In this document: positions 47,662-57,529 of the stretch, in pieces | How positions within the stretch are numbered: position 1 is the first letter of the stretch | How the letters are laid out: every line of letters begins with the position of its first letter | Source: Thermodesulfobacteriota bacterium | GTDB taxonomy: Bacteria; Desulfobacterota_D; UBA1144; Nemesobacterales; Nemesobacteraceae | Direction: 5' to 3' | NCBI GenBank assembly: GCA_965200595.1 | Contig: CBDAUE010000004.1 | Location: forward strand, 20,796 to 84,795 | Length of the DNA stretch: 64,000 nt | Made by a program: the position numbers and the translations under genes | The notes under the pieces: model-generated | What the model saw: the letters and a program-made list of their open reading frames with translations, nothing else | Told to the model about the DNA's origin: nothing | Database searches by the model: none

Positions 47662-48273
47662 TTACTCTTGACCGACCCCCAGGTTCAGTAGCCCGTTTAT
47701 TCCGAGTTTAGTATCCGCATGTGCCCTCAAAACAATTTCCGCTGCGGCTCTTGCATCTTCTCCGGCATCGTGGTGGCGGAAGTTAATACCGAGATCGCAG
47801 GCAATATTCCCGAGATTGTAACCCCTAAGAGCGTATTTGTCCGGCCAAGCGCGTCGCGCTACCTGCGCACTGTCAATCCAGATTTCATAACGAAGAGATT
47901 TTCCGCATTCTTCAAATGCTTTTGAGACTGCCCTGCGGTCAAAAAATGTATGGCTTATGACGATTCCTTCCAGATATAGTGCGATTCTGTCGCATATATC
48001 TTCAAACCGGGGGCAGCCTTTTACCATGTTATGGTCTATGCCGTGTATGGCGACATTGTGAGGATCAAAAAAATCATGCGGATCAATAAATTGAACCCAG
48101 ACCTGTTTTATTTCCGCCTCTCTGACCACGGCGATTCCCACCTGACAGATACTTGAAACGTTTGAATTGGCGGTCTCGACGTCAACGGCGACAAAATCCA
48201 GATTTTTAATCGTAGGGAGATCGATTTTTCCGTTTTGTCCGCCTAGTGTTTCCGTCTTTCTGCCCTTTTTCAT
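47662..48273 (-). CDS. DEDDh 3'-5' exonuclease (DnaQ / Pol III epsilon-like), stand-alone.
   Basis: Exo I FVAVDVETAN, Exo II HNVAIHGIDH region, Exo III HHDAGEDARAAAEI. Confidence 0.75.
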   Translation of the reverse strand: MKKGRKTETLGGQNGKIDLPTIKNLDFVAVDVETANSNVSSICQVGIAVVREAEIKQVWVQFIDPHDFFDPHNVAIHGIDHNMVKGCPRFEDICDRIALYLEGIVISHTFFDRRAVSKAFEECGKSLRYEIWIDSAQVARRAWPDKYALRGYNLGNIACDLGINFRHHDAGEDARAAAEIVLRAHADTKLGINGLLNLGVGQE

Positions 48274-48403
48274 TATCTTCTGTATTATGAACCATAATCG
48301 GTATTTTTCAGCAATGTTTCAGACGTTAAGGCGGCTTCGGGCTTTAAACTCAGATTATATTGTTTATAATTTCCTAAATTAGAGATTTTTCCGGAGACAT
48401 AAA

Positions 48404-48907
48404 GTGCCGTTATACGAATATGAATGCGACAGTTGCATGGAGAGTTACAATGCGGATATAGACAATTTGGTTGCCAAGCTTACGAAGACAAACGCAAAGA
48501 AGGTTTTCAAGCAGAACCCTAATTTCTGTTACGCTGAAGTAACAAGTGACAAAAACGGAAAACTGTTTTTTGAACTGGGAGAGAAAGGGGTAGGCGGTGC
48601 GAGGAGGTTTCGTTACAAGCTTGACAACGGGAAGGTTCTTTACCTTGAGCTTAAGGATTTTCGTTTCAACCACCTTGTGTATGGGGATGACGACCAGGAT
48701 GAAGTCAGATGCCCTCTCTGCGACGGTTCGGATACTGTGAGAAGGGTTTTTTCCACCTTCAAGGCCATATTTGACGACAAGAGCAAAAGAGCTCCGGGTC
48801 CGGGGGATGAACTTAGATGGCATCTTGAATACAAGCAGCAAAAGGACGAAGAAATAGCGAGCGACTGGGTCGGGCAGGATCACCTGAACCAGTATTTCAA
48901 TAGATAG
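48404..48907 (+). CDS. FmdB-like split zinc-ribbon protein with an internal insertion of about 85 aa (167 aa). GTG start.
   Basis: MPLYEYECDSC ... RCPLCDGSDTVRRVFS. This is the FmdB-family zinc-ribbon pattern interrupted by an extra domain. Confidence 0.5.
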   Translation: MPLYEYECDSCMESYNADIDNLVAKLTKTNAKKVFKQNPNFCYAEVTSDKNGKLFFELGEKGVGGARRFRYKLDNGKVLYLELKDFRFNHLVYGDDDQDEVRCPLCDGSDTVRRVFSTFKAIFDDKSKRAPGPGDELRWHLEYKQQKDEEIASDWVGQDHLNQYFNR

Positions 48908-48916
48908 GAGACGCAA

Positions 48917-49420
48917 ATGCCCCTCTATGAATTTGAATGTGCCAAATGCAGAGATAATGTTGAGAGATCACTCAAGGCTCTTGAGAAAAAGCGGGACAAG
49001 AAAACCGTAAAAAACCTTGTGGAGAAATATGAAAATATTTACGCAATAGAAATTATTGACCTTGAGTCCGAAAAGATAGTTGCAAGGCACGGAAGGAAGG
49101 GGAAAGACTCCGTGTTTAACGATTTCTATCTTAATGACGGAACTCTTCTTGCGCTTTTCAATATGCGGAACTACAGGTTCTCCGAGCTTATATACGAAGA
49201 GGGAGACGAGAAAAACGTAAAGTGTTACTGCGGGGAGAAAAAGAAAGTGGAGAAAGTTATATCGACTTTTGCTTTTACCAGGGACCTTTCAACCGATATG
49301 CCGAAGCCCGATCTTTCGAACCTGCCGCCTTCGGTAAGAAACAGAACTTTCGTAGGAGACTATATAGAGGAAAAGGACAGGCCTAAGAAGCACAGGCCCA
49401 CCATGGGTAGAAAAGAGTAA
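48917..49420 (+). CDS. Paralogue of the preceding zinc-ribbon protein (167 aa).
   Basis: MPLYEFECAKC ... KCYCGEKKKVEKVISTF. Same length and architecture as its neighbour, but low identity. Confidence 0.5.
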   Translation: MPLYEFECAKCRDNVERSLKALEKKRDKKTVKNLVEKYENIYAIEIIDLESEKIVARHGRKGKDSVFNDFYLNDGTLLALFNMRNYRFSELIYEEGDEKNVKCYCGEKKKVEKVISTFAFTRDLSTDMPKPDLSNLPPSVRNRTFVGDYIEEKDRPKKHRPTMGRKE

Positions 49421-49455
49421 GGGCCGTCTAGTCCTCCCTATCCCTTCCCATGCTG

Positions 49456-50145
49456 CTATTTTTTCTGTGCGTATTCTTCCTTGCGCCTGCCGAACCTTCT
49501 CTCAAGTTCATCCGATATATCCTGAGGGCTGAGGCCCGCTTCACATAGAAGCACCATGGAATGAAACCACAAATCGGTAAGTTCGTAGACGAGTTCGTCT
49601 TTATCTCCGTTCTTGGCGGCTATTACCACTTCGCCCGCCTCTTCTCCGATTTTTTTAAGTATTCTGTCAAGCCCGCCCTTCATAAGGGCGCTTACGTAGG
49701 AACCTTCCGTAGGGTTGCGTTTCCTGTTTTCTATTACGGAGAATACTTTTGTGAGTGAAGATTCCTCAAACAGGGGGGCAGCATTTTCTTGCATGTCTGC
49801 CGATCTGTAAAAGCATGTCGGCTCTCCGGTGTGACAGGCCACTCCGGTCTGCTCTACTGTTATCAGCACCGTATCTGAGTCGCAGTCAATGAAGATTTCT
49901 TTTACATCCTGAAAGTGGCCTGATTCCTCCCCTTTGTTCCAGATTTTTCTTCTTGATCTGCTCCAGAAATGGGTTCTTCCGGTTTTTACTGTCATTTCAA
50001 GAGCCTCTTTGTTTGCATATGCGAGCATAAGTACCTGCCCGCTTGAAGCTTCCTGCACTATCACGGGCAGAAGACCCTGCTCGTTGAACTTGAGTTTTTC
50101 CATGTCCATATCCACCGGGATTCCATTTGGCTGAAAGTACGTCAA
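49456..50145 (-). CDS. hisI: Bifunctional phosphoribosyl-AMP cyclohydrolase / phosphoribosyl-ATP pyrophosphatase.
   Basis: HisI block [26 protein letters not shown]...[17 protein letters not shown]...CHTGEPTCF, followed by the HisE region. Confidence 0.9.
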   Translation of the reverse strand: MTYFQPNGIPVDMDMEKLKFNEQGLLPVIVQEASSGQVLMLAYANKEALEMTVKTGRTHFWSRSRRKIWNKGEESGHFQDVKEIFIDCDSDTVLITVEQTGVACHTGEPTCFYRSADMQENAAPLFEESSLTKVFSVIENRKRNPTEGSYVSALMKGGLDRILKKIGEEAGEVVIAAKNGDKDELVYELTDLWFHSMVLLCEAGLSPQDISDELERRFGRRKEEYAQKK

Positions 50146-50280
50146 GATAATAATTGCAAAGCTTTGGTTGTCAAAAAGCAGGCGGGGTGGAGAAACGGGT
50201 AGTACATTTGAGCTTGGGTCCGGTATTTTTCCGTCCTGACAGTTTTTCCCTTAACTGCTGCTGATTTTATATGTACAATT

Positions 50281-52050
50281 GTGAGACTGCTTTGCACGGG
50301 AGGAATTGAATCTTTGTCTTTAATAAAATATTTTGCTAATGTCTCAACCGCACTGCTTTTTGGCTTTTTCCTTGTCGCTGTTGGTTTTTCGCTCTCACTT
50401 TCTTGCAGCTCGGACTCGGAGGAGCGCGTGAGTTTTGATCATGGAGTCGCAAGCGGCGACCCTCTGGAGAACAGGGTTATCCTCTGGACGAGAGTCACTC
50501 CGCAGGAATCTCAGGAAACAGTCAGTGTAAAAGTCGAAGTTGCTTCGGATAAGGAGTTTGGAACCATCGTTTACAGCTCCGCTAAGCAGGCTACAGCCGA
50601 GAGCGACTACACCGTGAAAATTGATGCCGAGGGGCTTTCGCCCGGGACGGTTTACTATTACCGGTTCCGCTCAGGCGAGGCTGAGTCCGTTATCGGCCGT
50701 ACCAAGACCTTGCCCCGGGGCGATGTGGATTTGGTCAGGCTGGCAGTGGTTTCATGTGCAAACTATCCTCTCTCCCATGGTGGTTACTTTAACGTTTACG
50801 GCCATGCGGCGGAGGCAGATGTCGATGCCGTGGTTCATCTGGGCGATTATATCTACGAGTACGGCAGGGCCCCGGGTTCAGGAGACGACAATCCCGAAGC
50901 AGCAGAAAGGGATTTTCCGGAAGGCAGCGGGGAGATCATAACGCTTGATGACTACAGGGGTCGCTACGCTCTATACAGAACCGATCCGCAGCTTCAGGCC
51001 ATTCACGCCGCGCATCCGTTTATCGCTGTCTGGGATGATCACGAGGTCGCAGATAACGCTTATGCTGGTGGTGCACTGAACCATAATGAGGGTGAAGGCA
51101 GTTTCGATGCCAGAAAGCAGGCTGCGCTTCAGGCCTATTACGAGTGGATGCCGATTCGTCCCGCAGAAGACAATGATTCCCAACGTATCTACGGCAGTTT
51201 TTCCTTCGGAAATCTGGTTGACCTTTTTATGCTCGACACCCGACTTGCCGGACGGGAAAAACAACTTGCTTACGAAGATTATTTCGACCAAACCGGTTTT
51301 AACATTTTGTGTTTCACTCAGGATGTCGGTTCTGTGGACCGAACGCTACTTGGTTCCGAGCAGCTGCTTTGGCTTCAGGAAAACCTTGTCGGCTCAACCT
51401 CTGTCTGGCAGGTTCTGGGCCAGCAGGTGCTTATGGGCAGAATGAACGTTCCCGCTGAACTGCTTTCCCATTTTGCCAATCCGACACCGCAGGTAGTGGA
51501 TATTGTTGATGAGCTGGCTGGGATTAAAGAGAGGGTGCTTCAAGGTGATCCTTCCGTGACTCAAACGGAGCGGGGGCGTGTAAGCTTCGGGCTTCCGTAT
51601 AACCTTGATGCTTGGGACGGTTACCCCGCAGAGAGGGAAGCGGTGCTCGGAACAGCTTACAGTGAGGATAAAAATCTTGTGGTTCTTTCCGGAGATTCGC
51701 ATAACGGATGGGCGAACAACCTAAAAGATATAAATGGCAACCAGGTAGGCGTTGAGTTTGCCGGTCCGGCTGTGTCCTCAGAAGGGCTTGCAGTTATTCT
51801 CGGACTTGGATCCGATCCAGAAAGGTCTGGAGAACTTGCCCGAAGTCTGGAAGTGCTGGTCGACGACCTTGTCTACTCTAACATATATGACTACGGATAT
51901 ATGATAGTAAGTTTTACCCCGGAAAAGGCTCAGTCTCAATGGATATACGTGGATACGATAAAGCAGCCGGAATTCATGGAACTTAAGTCAAGCGCAAAGA
52001 CGCTCAGTGTGCTTGCGGGAGAAGGGAACCGCAGCGTTGTTTCTGACTGA
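50281..52050 (+). CDS. PhoD-like alkaline phosphatase / phosphodiesterase.
   Basis: FIAVWDDHEVADN and PhoD metallophosphatase blocks. N-terminal signal / lipobox-like LSLSCSS. Confidence 0.85.
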   Translation: MRLLCTGGIESLSLIKYFANVSTALLFGFFLVAVGFSLSLSCSSDSEERVSFDHGVASGDPLENRVILWTRVTPQESQETVSVKVEVASDKEFGTIVYSSAKQATAESDYTVKIDAEGLSPGTVYYYRFRSGEAESVIGRTKTLPRGDVDLVRLAVVSCANYPLSHGGYFNVYGHAAEADVDAVVHLGDYIYEYGRAPGSGDDNPEAAERDFPEGSGEIITLDDYRGRYALYRTDPQLQAIHAAHPFIAVWDDHEVADNAYAGGALNHNEGEGSFDARKQAALQAYYEWMPIRPAEDNDSQRIYGSFSFGNLVDLFMLDTRLAGREKQLAYEDYFDQTGFNILCFTQDVGSVDRTLLGSEQLLWLQENLVGSTSVWQVLGQQVLMGRMNVPAELLSHFANPTPQVVDIVDELAGIKERVLQGDPSVTQTERGRVSFGLPYNLDAWDGYPAEREAVLGTAYSEDKNLVVLSGDSHNGWANNLKDINGNQVGVEFAGPAVSSEGLAVILGLGSDPERSGELARSLEVLVDDLVYSNIYDYGYMIVSFTPEKAQSQWIYVDTIKQPEFMELKSSAKTLSVLAGEGNRSVVSD

Positions 52051-52487
52051 TTCCGCGTATCGTGCGCCTGCGATAAAACCTTTAATGAAGCTGTGAAGCG
52101 CGATTAATTAATTGAGCCTGTTTATAAGTAGAAGCCGCAACAGGTGGATCATTGCCAAGTAATACCTGATTCAGGGCTTTGAGGGCAAGGCATTGTCATT
52201 GTCTCAGTCTGCTTCAGTTTTCCATAGTTCTGTCAGCATCTTTCTGTGACAGTATTGCAAAGTCCATTTCCTTGGGGAAGTACTGCCTTACAAGCCCGGT
52301 TGCGTTCAGTCTGACCGAAGCCTCGACAAGCGAAACAAAAAAGTGTGAACGGATGGCTGACAAGCTGTTCGGGAAGGACTCGGGGCTTGCCGGGCGGTGT
52401 AAATACTTCACAGCGGGCAGGGAACTTGAAACCACGAATTGTTACACTGATACGTGTTTTAAAGGAAAAAAGAGGAAGTTTATATTT

Positions 52488-53808
52488 AGAAGTGGACCCC
52501 AAAAATCAGACAGCATCTTAAGTGTATTTCCTTGGTATTCTAAAAGAGTATACAGGAGGTACATAATGAAGAGTAAAAGACGTAATCATTCACCGCAGTT
52601 CAAGGCAAAGGTAGCGTTTTTGGCGGTAAAAGGAGACAAGACAGTAGCGGAGCTTGCCCGGCAGTTTGAGGTTCATCCCAATCAGATAAGCATGTGGAAG
52701 AAGAAGCAGCTCGGCAACGCCGCGGACAAAGTGTTCGGCCAGGGGGCGGGCAGCAAGGCGGCGGGCGAGAGCAAGTACGTAAACCAGCTTGAATCCAAGG
52801 TGGGCCAGCTGACGCTGGAGAACGATTTTTTATCAAAGGCGCTCGGTCGGCAGCGGCGCAAGAAGTTGGTAGTGCGCGGCCGGGCACTTTCTTTGGTAAG
52901 GCAGTGCAAACTGCTGGATATAAATCGCTCAAATATTTACTACAAACCTGTGGGGGTATCCCCGCAGGACGAAGAGATTATGAAGAAGATTGACAGGATC
53001 TACATTAAGTATCCGTTTAAGGGTTCAAGAAGGATGGTGTACGCCCTTAAGGCACAGGGCGTACAGGTGGGCAGAAAGCGTGTTATGAGGCTTATGGGGA
53101 TACGAGGGCTTGCTCCCGGCCCCCAGACTACAAAGAAAGGGGGAGCAGAGCACAGGATATACCCGTATCTGCTGCGGGGGAAGACTGTAGAGCTTCCCGG
53201 GCAGGTATGGGCGGCAGACATAACGTATATAGAGATGAGCAGGGGTTTTGTGTATCTGTGTGCGGTAATGGACTGGCACTCGTGCAAGGTTCTTAGCTGG
53301 AGAGTGTCTAACACAATGGACAGCAGTTTTTGCGTGGAGGCTCTGGAAGAAGCGCTTTACAAGTATGATAAGCCCGAGATATTCAACACCGATCAAGGAA
53401 GCCAGTTCACAAGTGAAGAGTTTACGGGAGTTCTTAAAGACAGAGATATAAAGATAAGCATGGACGGCAAGGGAAGCTGGAGAGACAATGTTTTTGTGGA
53501 GAGGCTTTGGAGAAGTGTTAAGTACGAGGAAGTGTATCTGATGGCATATGAATCCGTTGCCTCGGCAAAGGCAGGTATAGGGAAGTGGATAGATTTTTAC
53601 AATGAAAAAAGACCACATCAGGGGCTTGGAATGAAAACACCGGATGAGGTTTACTATGGTCTTGGGACAGCACAGAAGAATGTGGCTTGAAGCAATGAGA
53701 CAAACAGAGCAGAGAGTTTATGGTTTTGGGAGTCTTAAAGATGGTTATGCGTTGGTGGGAATACACTTAAGAAAACAAAAATGCTGTCTAAAAAAGGGGA
53801 CCACCTCT
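52488..53808 (+). mobile_element. IS3-family insertion sequence, copy 4.
   Basis: Same IRs as the other copies. Flanks are TTT and ATC, so there is no target duplication. The right flank is the N-terminal half of the IS1595 element. Confidence 0.9.
52566..53690 (+). CDS. IS3-family transposase (374 aa, intact). The track ORF is extended upstream to 52179 through the non-IS flank.
   Basis: Identical N-terminus MKSKRRNHSPQF, with ATG at 52566 after GGAGG. Confidence 0.9.
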   Translation: MKSKRRNHSPQFKAKVAFLAVKGDKTVAELARQFEVHPNQISMWKKKQLGNAADKVFGQGAGSKAAGESKYVNQLESKVGQLTLENDFLSKALGRQRRKKLVVRGRALSLVRQCKLLDINRSNIYYKPVGVSPQDEEIMKKIDRIYIKYPFKGSRRMVYALKAQGVQVGRKRVMRLMGIRGLAPGPQTTKKGGAEHRIYPYLLRGKTVELPGQVWAADITYIEMSRGFVYLCAVMDWHSCKVLSWRVSNTMDSSFCVEALEEALYKYDKPEIFNTDQGSQFTSEEFTGVLKDRDIKISMDGKGSWRDNVFVERLWRSVKYEEVYLMAYESVASAKAGIGKWIDFYNEKRPHQGLGMKTPDEVYYGLGTAQKNVA

Positions 53809-54354
53809 ATCTTGTCTTGAGTCCCCGCCCCCATCATCCTGGGTTTTTTCGACCTGTGCATATTGCCATACTTCCCGCCCATATAGGTTTCGTCCACCTC
53901 CACCGCTCCGCCCAGCTTCTCATCCCTTATCCATCCCTGCCTTATCTTCTCCCTGCCTTATCTTCTGAGCTAAAGTCCATGCCGTTGACCGAGCTATCCC
54001 CAAATCCCTGTGAAGCTTCATGCTGGACACGCCTTTAAGATTTGTTGTCATCAAGTACAAAGCCACCACCCACTTGCGCAATGGCGTCTTGCTGCTTCTC
54101 ATTACAGTTCCAGTCCTCACACTGAAATACTTTCGGCAATCCTTGCAGTGATAAGGCATTTTATGCTTCGCCCCGGCAGTACGAGTCCCTGCGCAGTGCG
54201 GACAATGCCTCTGCCCGTTCGGCCAGCGCTGATCCTCAAACCACTTTGTCGCAGATCCCTCATCGGGAAACATCTCAAGCAGTTCCATAACCCCTATTCC
54301 TTTTCTGTGAAACCTTCCAGGGGCCTTGTACTTCCTCTCAGACATTCCTAACAC
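53809..54354 (-). pseudogene. IS1595-family transposase, N-terminal fragment (Zn-ribbon, HTH, start of the DDE domain).
   Basis: GQRHCPHCAGTRTAGAKHKMPYHCKDCRKYFSVRTGTVM...KWVVALYLMTTNLKGVSSMKLHRDLGIARSTAWTL. Downstream, in a second frame, ...VEVDETYMGGKYGNMHRSKKPRMMGAGTQDK runs up to the IS3 junction. Confidence 0.75.
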
Positions 54355-54466
54355 TCCTTAATTACTCTATTTACCTGTCTAATATATTAACTAAAATAGA
54401 GAAAATACCAAGGTTCTAGAAAAAGCTTTTAGGGCTTTGTCTAATTATCGCTATAATTCCCTACAT
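53809..54466 (-). mobile_element. IS1595-family element, left (N-terminal) half.
   Basis: IR TTTGTCTAATTATCGCTATAATTCCCTACAT at 54436-54466. It abuts the right end of IS3 copy 4. Confidence 0.8.
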
Positions 54467-54472
54467 TTTTCG

Positions 54473-54502
54473 TTGACAAGGGTTAGACAATTGACTTATA
54501 AT
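54473..54502 (+). promoter_or_regulatory. Sigma-70-like promoter (TTGACA, 18-nt spacer, TATAAT) for the downstream small secreted-protein gene.
   Basis: TTGACAagggttagacaattgactTATAAT lies immediately outside the IS1595 end. Start codon plus RBS at 54535-54547. Confidence 0.5.
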
Positions 54503-54544
54503 CGGATTAGACTCGTTTTGGTTTGCCCATACATTAAGGAGGGA

Positions 54545-54725
54545 GAAATGAAAACCACCGTTTGCGCTGTTTCGACATTGATCTTGCTCTTCACTAGCGT
54601 GTTGGCCCACGGTCAGCTACGGCCGGACAATCCTGTTTCGACCTTGAACTTGACTGTGGGGAAGAGTTTCAGCACTACGCTCCCTGAAGTTTTGGGGGCC
54701 AACGGGGCGGTGCGTTATTTCTTCC
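54545..54725 (+). pseudogene. Small secreted protein gene (originally about 76 codons), interrupted by IS1182 copy B.
   Basis: MKTTVCAVSTLILLFTSVLAHG signal peptide. The reading frame resumes after the IS at 56266 (…FFPRECKSAQKTNRNSTA) when the 4-bp CTAG duplication is removed. Confidence 0.4.
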
Positions 54726-54729
54726 CTAG

Positions 54730-56265
54730 GAGTCTGTCGCTCTTAGCGAACAATTGAGGGGAAATCCAACTGATTCAGAGCTGGTGAAAGTCATATCGGC
54801 AAAAATCCTTGATTTTGGAGGTTCAGCTAAGCTTCGGGGAGCTGTTTTTACCTCAAATCCCCAATATTCTCTGCTCTCTCACCTCTTTGTCAGCCCTTCA
54901 ACGCATACATTCTCTTCAGGTTGTACCCTATGCACACAAGATTCCACTCTCCGCGCACAGCTTCAAGCCCCCGCACCATAAACTGCCGGAATCCCATCAC
55001 CTGCTTTATTATTCCGAACACAGGCTCTATCGTTGACTTGCGTTTTGAGTACATCTTTTTGCCTGCGGATGTTCCAAGCCTCCTCTGCATGTCTTCAACC
55101 GGTGTTGCCGGCTCTTTCTCCTCCTCATTGCACTGTGCGAATCTCTCCCAAAACGGTCTGTTGTGCTTCTCCCTGCGTTTGGATATATAAGGCTTTATCC
55201 CCGCCCTGTCACATAAGTTAACGTTGCTTGCACTGTAATATCCGCTGTCGGCAAGCAGATTCTCAGCCTTGCCAAGCCTCTGCTCATTCTCCTTTAACTG
55301 CTCAAGCACGGGCTCCATCTCACGCTTGTCGTTTGTGTTCTGCGTTACATGCCTGGTCACTATAAGTCTGCTCTCCACATCCACTGCACCCTGAGCGTTG
55401 TATGCCTGCTCAAATCCCCCTCCCGAAGGCATTATCCGCGAATCTCCGTCCACAAGATTCACCTGATCCTTATCCCTCGGTCTGCTCCCTCCTGCCTTCT
55501 TCCCGCTTTGCTTCTCATACTGTTCCCGCTTCTCTACCTTCTCCCCGTACACTTCTGACTCCCGCTCATACCTGTGCTTTGCCCGCTCCTGTATCTCACG
55601 CTTCGCTTCCCGTCTCTGAAGTTCTTCGGGAACATTCATATCCTCTGGCAGTTTAGAGTTGTCAGCCTCCCGTGCAAGTCTCATCAGTTCCTTCACTTCT
55701 TTGTTCAGCTGCTTTTCTATCTTCCTTGCCCTCTTCCAGCTCAGTGCCTTGTGCCTGCTCGCATTAGCCTTTATCTTCGTGCCATCCACACTCACCGTGC
55801 CCATCCCTATCTGTCCCGCTATCTGCAGTATCTGTACAAACAATACCCCAAGCTCCTTGCCAAACCTCTTGCGGAACCTGTTTATGCTGTCATGATCCGG
55901 ATTGCTGTTAGCGCATATATACCTGTACGCCACACTGTCATATGTTGCCTTCTCAAGCTTCCGGGAAGAGAATGTCCCCGTCGCGTATCCGTAGAACAGA
56001 AGAGCCACCTTCATTCCCGGATGATACGCTGCCGACCCCCTGCCCGAATACGCTTCCGTCAGCCTTCTCAGATCCAGCTGCTCAACTATCTCCACCACAA
56101 ACCGGGCAAGATGGTCTTCGGGCAGATACTCTTCTATTGTAGGCGGAAACATCTGCGGCGTCTTGCGGTCTGCTGATACAAACCTCCGTCTCATTGTCTT
56201 CTCCTTCTCAGACATCTTGATACCGTTGTTTTAACATTAAATGACCGCTAAAGTCCAACAGACTC
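54730..56265 (-). mobile_element. IS1182/IS5-like insertion sequence, copy B. It is inverted relative to copy A.
   Basis: Same IRs as copy A. Perfect CTAG direct repeats at 54726-54729 and 56266-56269. Confidence 0.85.
54890..56215 (-). CDS. IS1182-family transposase (441 aa).
   Basis: Identical to the copy at 41175-42500, except for one substitution near the C-terminus (GIIKQ vs GIMKQ). Confidence 0.85.
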   Translation of the reverse strand: MSEKEKTMRRRFVSADRKTPQMFPPTIEEYLPEDHLARFVVEIVEQLDLRRLTEAYSGRGSAAYHPGMKVALLFYGYATGTFSSRKLEKATYDSVAYRYICANSNPDHDSINRFRKRFGKELGVLFVQILQIAGQIGMGTVSVDGTKIKANASRHKALSWKRARKIEKQLNKEVKELMRLAREADNSKLPEDMNVPEELQRREAKREIQERAKHRYERESEVYGEKVEKREQYEKQSGKKAGGSRPRDKDQVNLVDGDSRIMPSGGGFEQAYNAQGAVDVESRLIVTRHVTQNTNDKREMEPVLEQLKENEQRLGKAENLLADSGYYSASNVNLCDRAGIKPYISKRREKHNRPFWERFAQCNEEEKEPATPVEDMQRRLGTSAGKKMYSKRKSTIEPVFGIIKQVMGFRQFMVRGLEAVRGEWNLVCIGYNLKRMYALKG

Positions 56266-56587
56266 CTAGAGAGTGTAAAAGTGCACAAAAAACCAACAGA
56301 AATAGTACGGCATGAACAAGCTGATCAAGACCCGTCTCCCATCCAAGTCACCGTTGAAGAAGGCAACCACTGGTGGCCGGATTTATGTTGCCGACCCCGA
56401 CTGGCCACAGTTCATCGCATCGGCACTCGCATCCGCTGGGTGGAGACCGGCCGTGCGGGATGACGGCGACGCATGGCCGTGTGGCTCACCCCCACTGATT
56501 GGATCACTATCCTCAAAAACAATAAAGGAAAAGGGTAAAACATGAAAAATTCATGATACACACGAATTAAGCTGATTAAGGAGAAAA

Positions 56588-57520
56588 TCAGTCAAAAAAT
56601 CCGGAACACGCACCAAGAAGCAAATCTTTCCCTTCTGCAGGATCAAACCAGTTAATCTCCTCATCCGCACGAAGCCATGTGGACTGTCTTTTGGAAAACC
56701 TCGCGGTGTCCGTCTTTATGCTTTTCGCGGTCGTGTTAAAATCCCGTAGACCATCCAGAAATTCGTTTATTCTCCTGTAGCCTATGGACTTCATAGGTTT
56801 CAGCTCCGGTCCGTATCCCATGGCCCTTATGGATTTCACTTCTTCAACCCAACCGCGGGTAATCATCGCGTCGACCCTGTGGCTTATGTCGAGGCGCAAC
56901 CGCTCCCGGTCCCGGAAAAGACCTATCTTAAGTGCGTTAAACTTGTGTTCTGCAAAACCGTGGCGGCGCTGATGATCCGATATTCGCTCTCCCGTTATGT
57001 GGTAAACCTCAAGTGCACGCTCGATTCTCACGTAATCGTTCGGATTTATCCGGCCTGCGGACACTGGATCTAAAGCCTCAAGTTTTTTGTGAAGAGATGC
57101 GACCCCTTCTGCGTCTTTTTGTCGTGCGAGGTGCTCTCTGAACTCCCGATCAGTCCCAATACCTTCGAGAAGCCCGTAAAGAAGAGCTTTGGCATAAAGA
57201 AAAGTTCCCCCAACCACAACTATTTTCCTACCTTCCTCAACGAGCTTTCCGATGCGGTCAAGGGCAAGTTTCATGTACGTTCCGGCGTTAAAATCCTCAT
57301 CGGGATCCACAACATCTATCAGGAAATGGGGGATTGCACGTCTCTGCTCCCGGGTAGGTTTGGCGCTTCCTATATCGAAATGCCTGTAGACCTGAACGGA
57401 ATCGGCGCTTAATATGCAAGCACCGGTTCTGTCAGCTATTTCCAGTGCGATTTCGGTCTTGCCCGAAGCTGTTGGTCCCAAAACAACAATCAGCTTCGGT
57501 TTTTCCCGGGAAAGACTCAA
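56588..57520 (-). CDS. miaA: tRNA dimethylallyltransferase.
   Basis: P-loop VVLGPTASGKTEIALEIA and the MiaA fold. Confidence 0.9.
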   Translation of the reverse strand: MSLSREKPKLIVVLGPTASGKTEIALEIADRTGACILSADSVQVYRHFDIGSAKPTREQRRAIPHFLIDVVDPDEDFNAGTYMKLALDRIGKLVEEGRKIVVVGGTFLYAKALLYGLLEGIGTDREFREHLARQKDAEGVASLHKKLEALDPVSAGRINPNDYVRIERALEVYHITGERISDHQRRHGFAEHKFNALKIGLFRDRERLRLDISHRVDAMITRGWVEEVKSIRAMGYGPELKPMKSIGYRRINEFLDGLRDFNTTAKSIKTDTARFSKRQSTWLRADEEINWFDPAEGKDLLLGACSGFFD

Positions 57521-57529
57521 CTGTGCGTG

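Noticed and set aside
56281-56545. 60-aa and 77-aa plus-strand ORFs between IS1182 copy B and miaA.
   Set aside because: No motifs. The region is the 3' flank of the IS-disrupted small gene plus the miaA downstream region. Probably non-coding.
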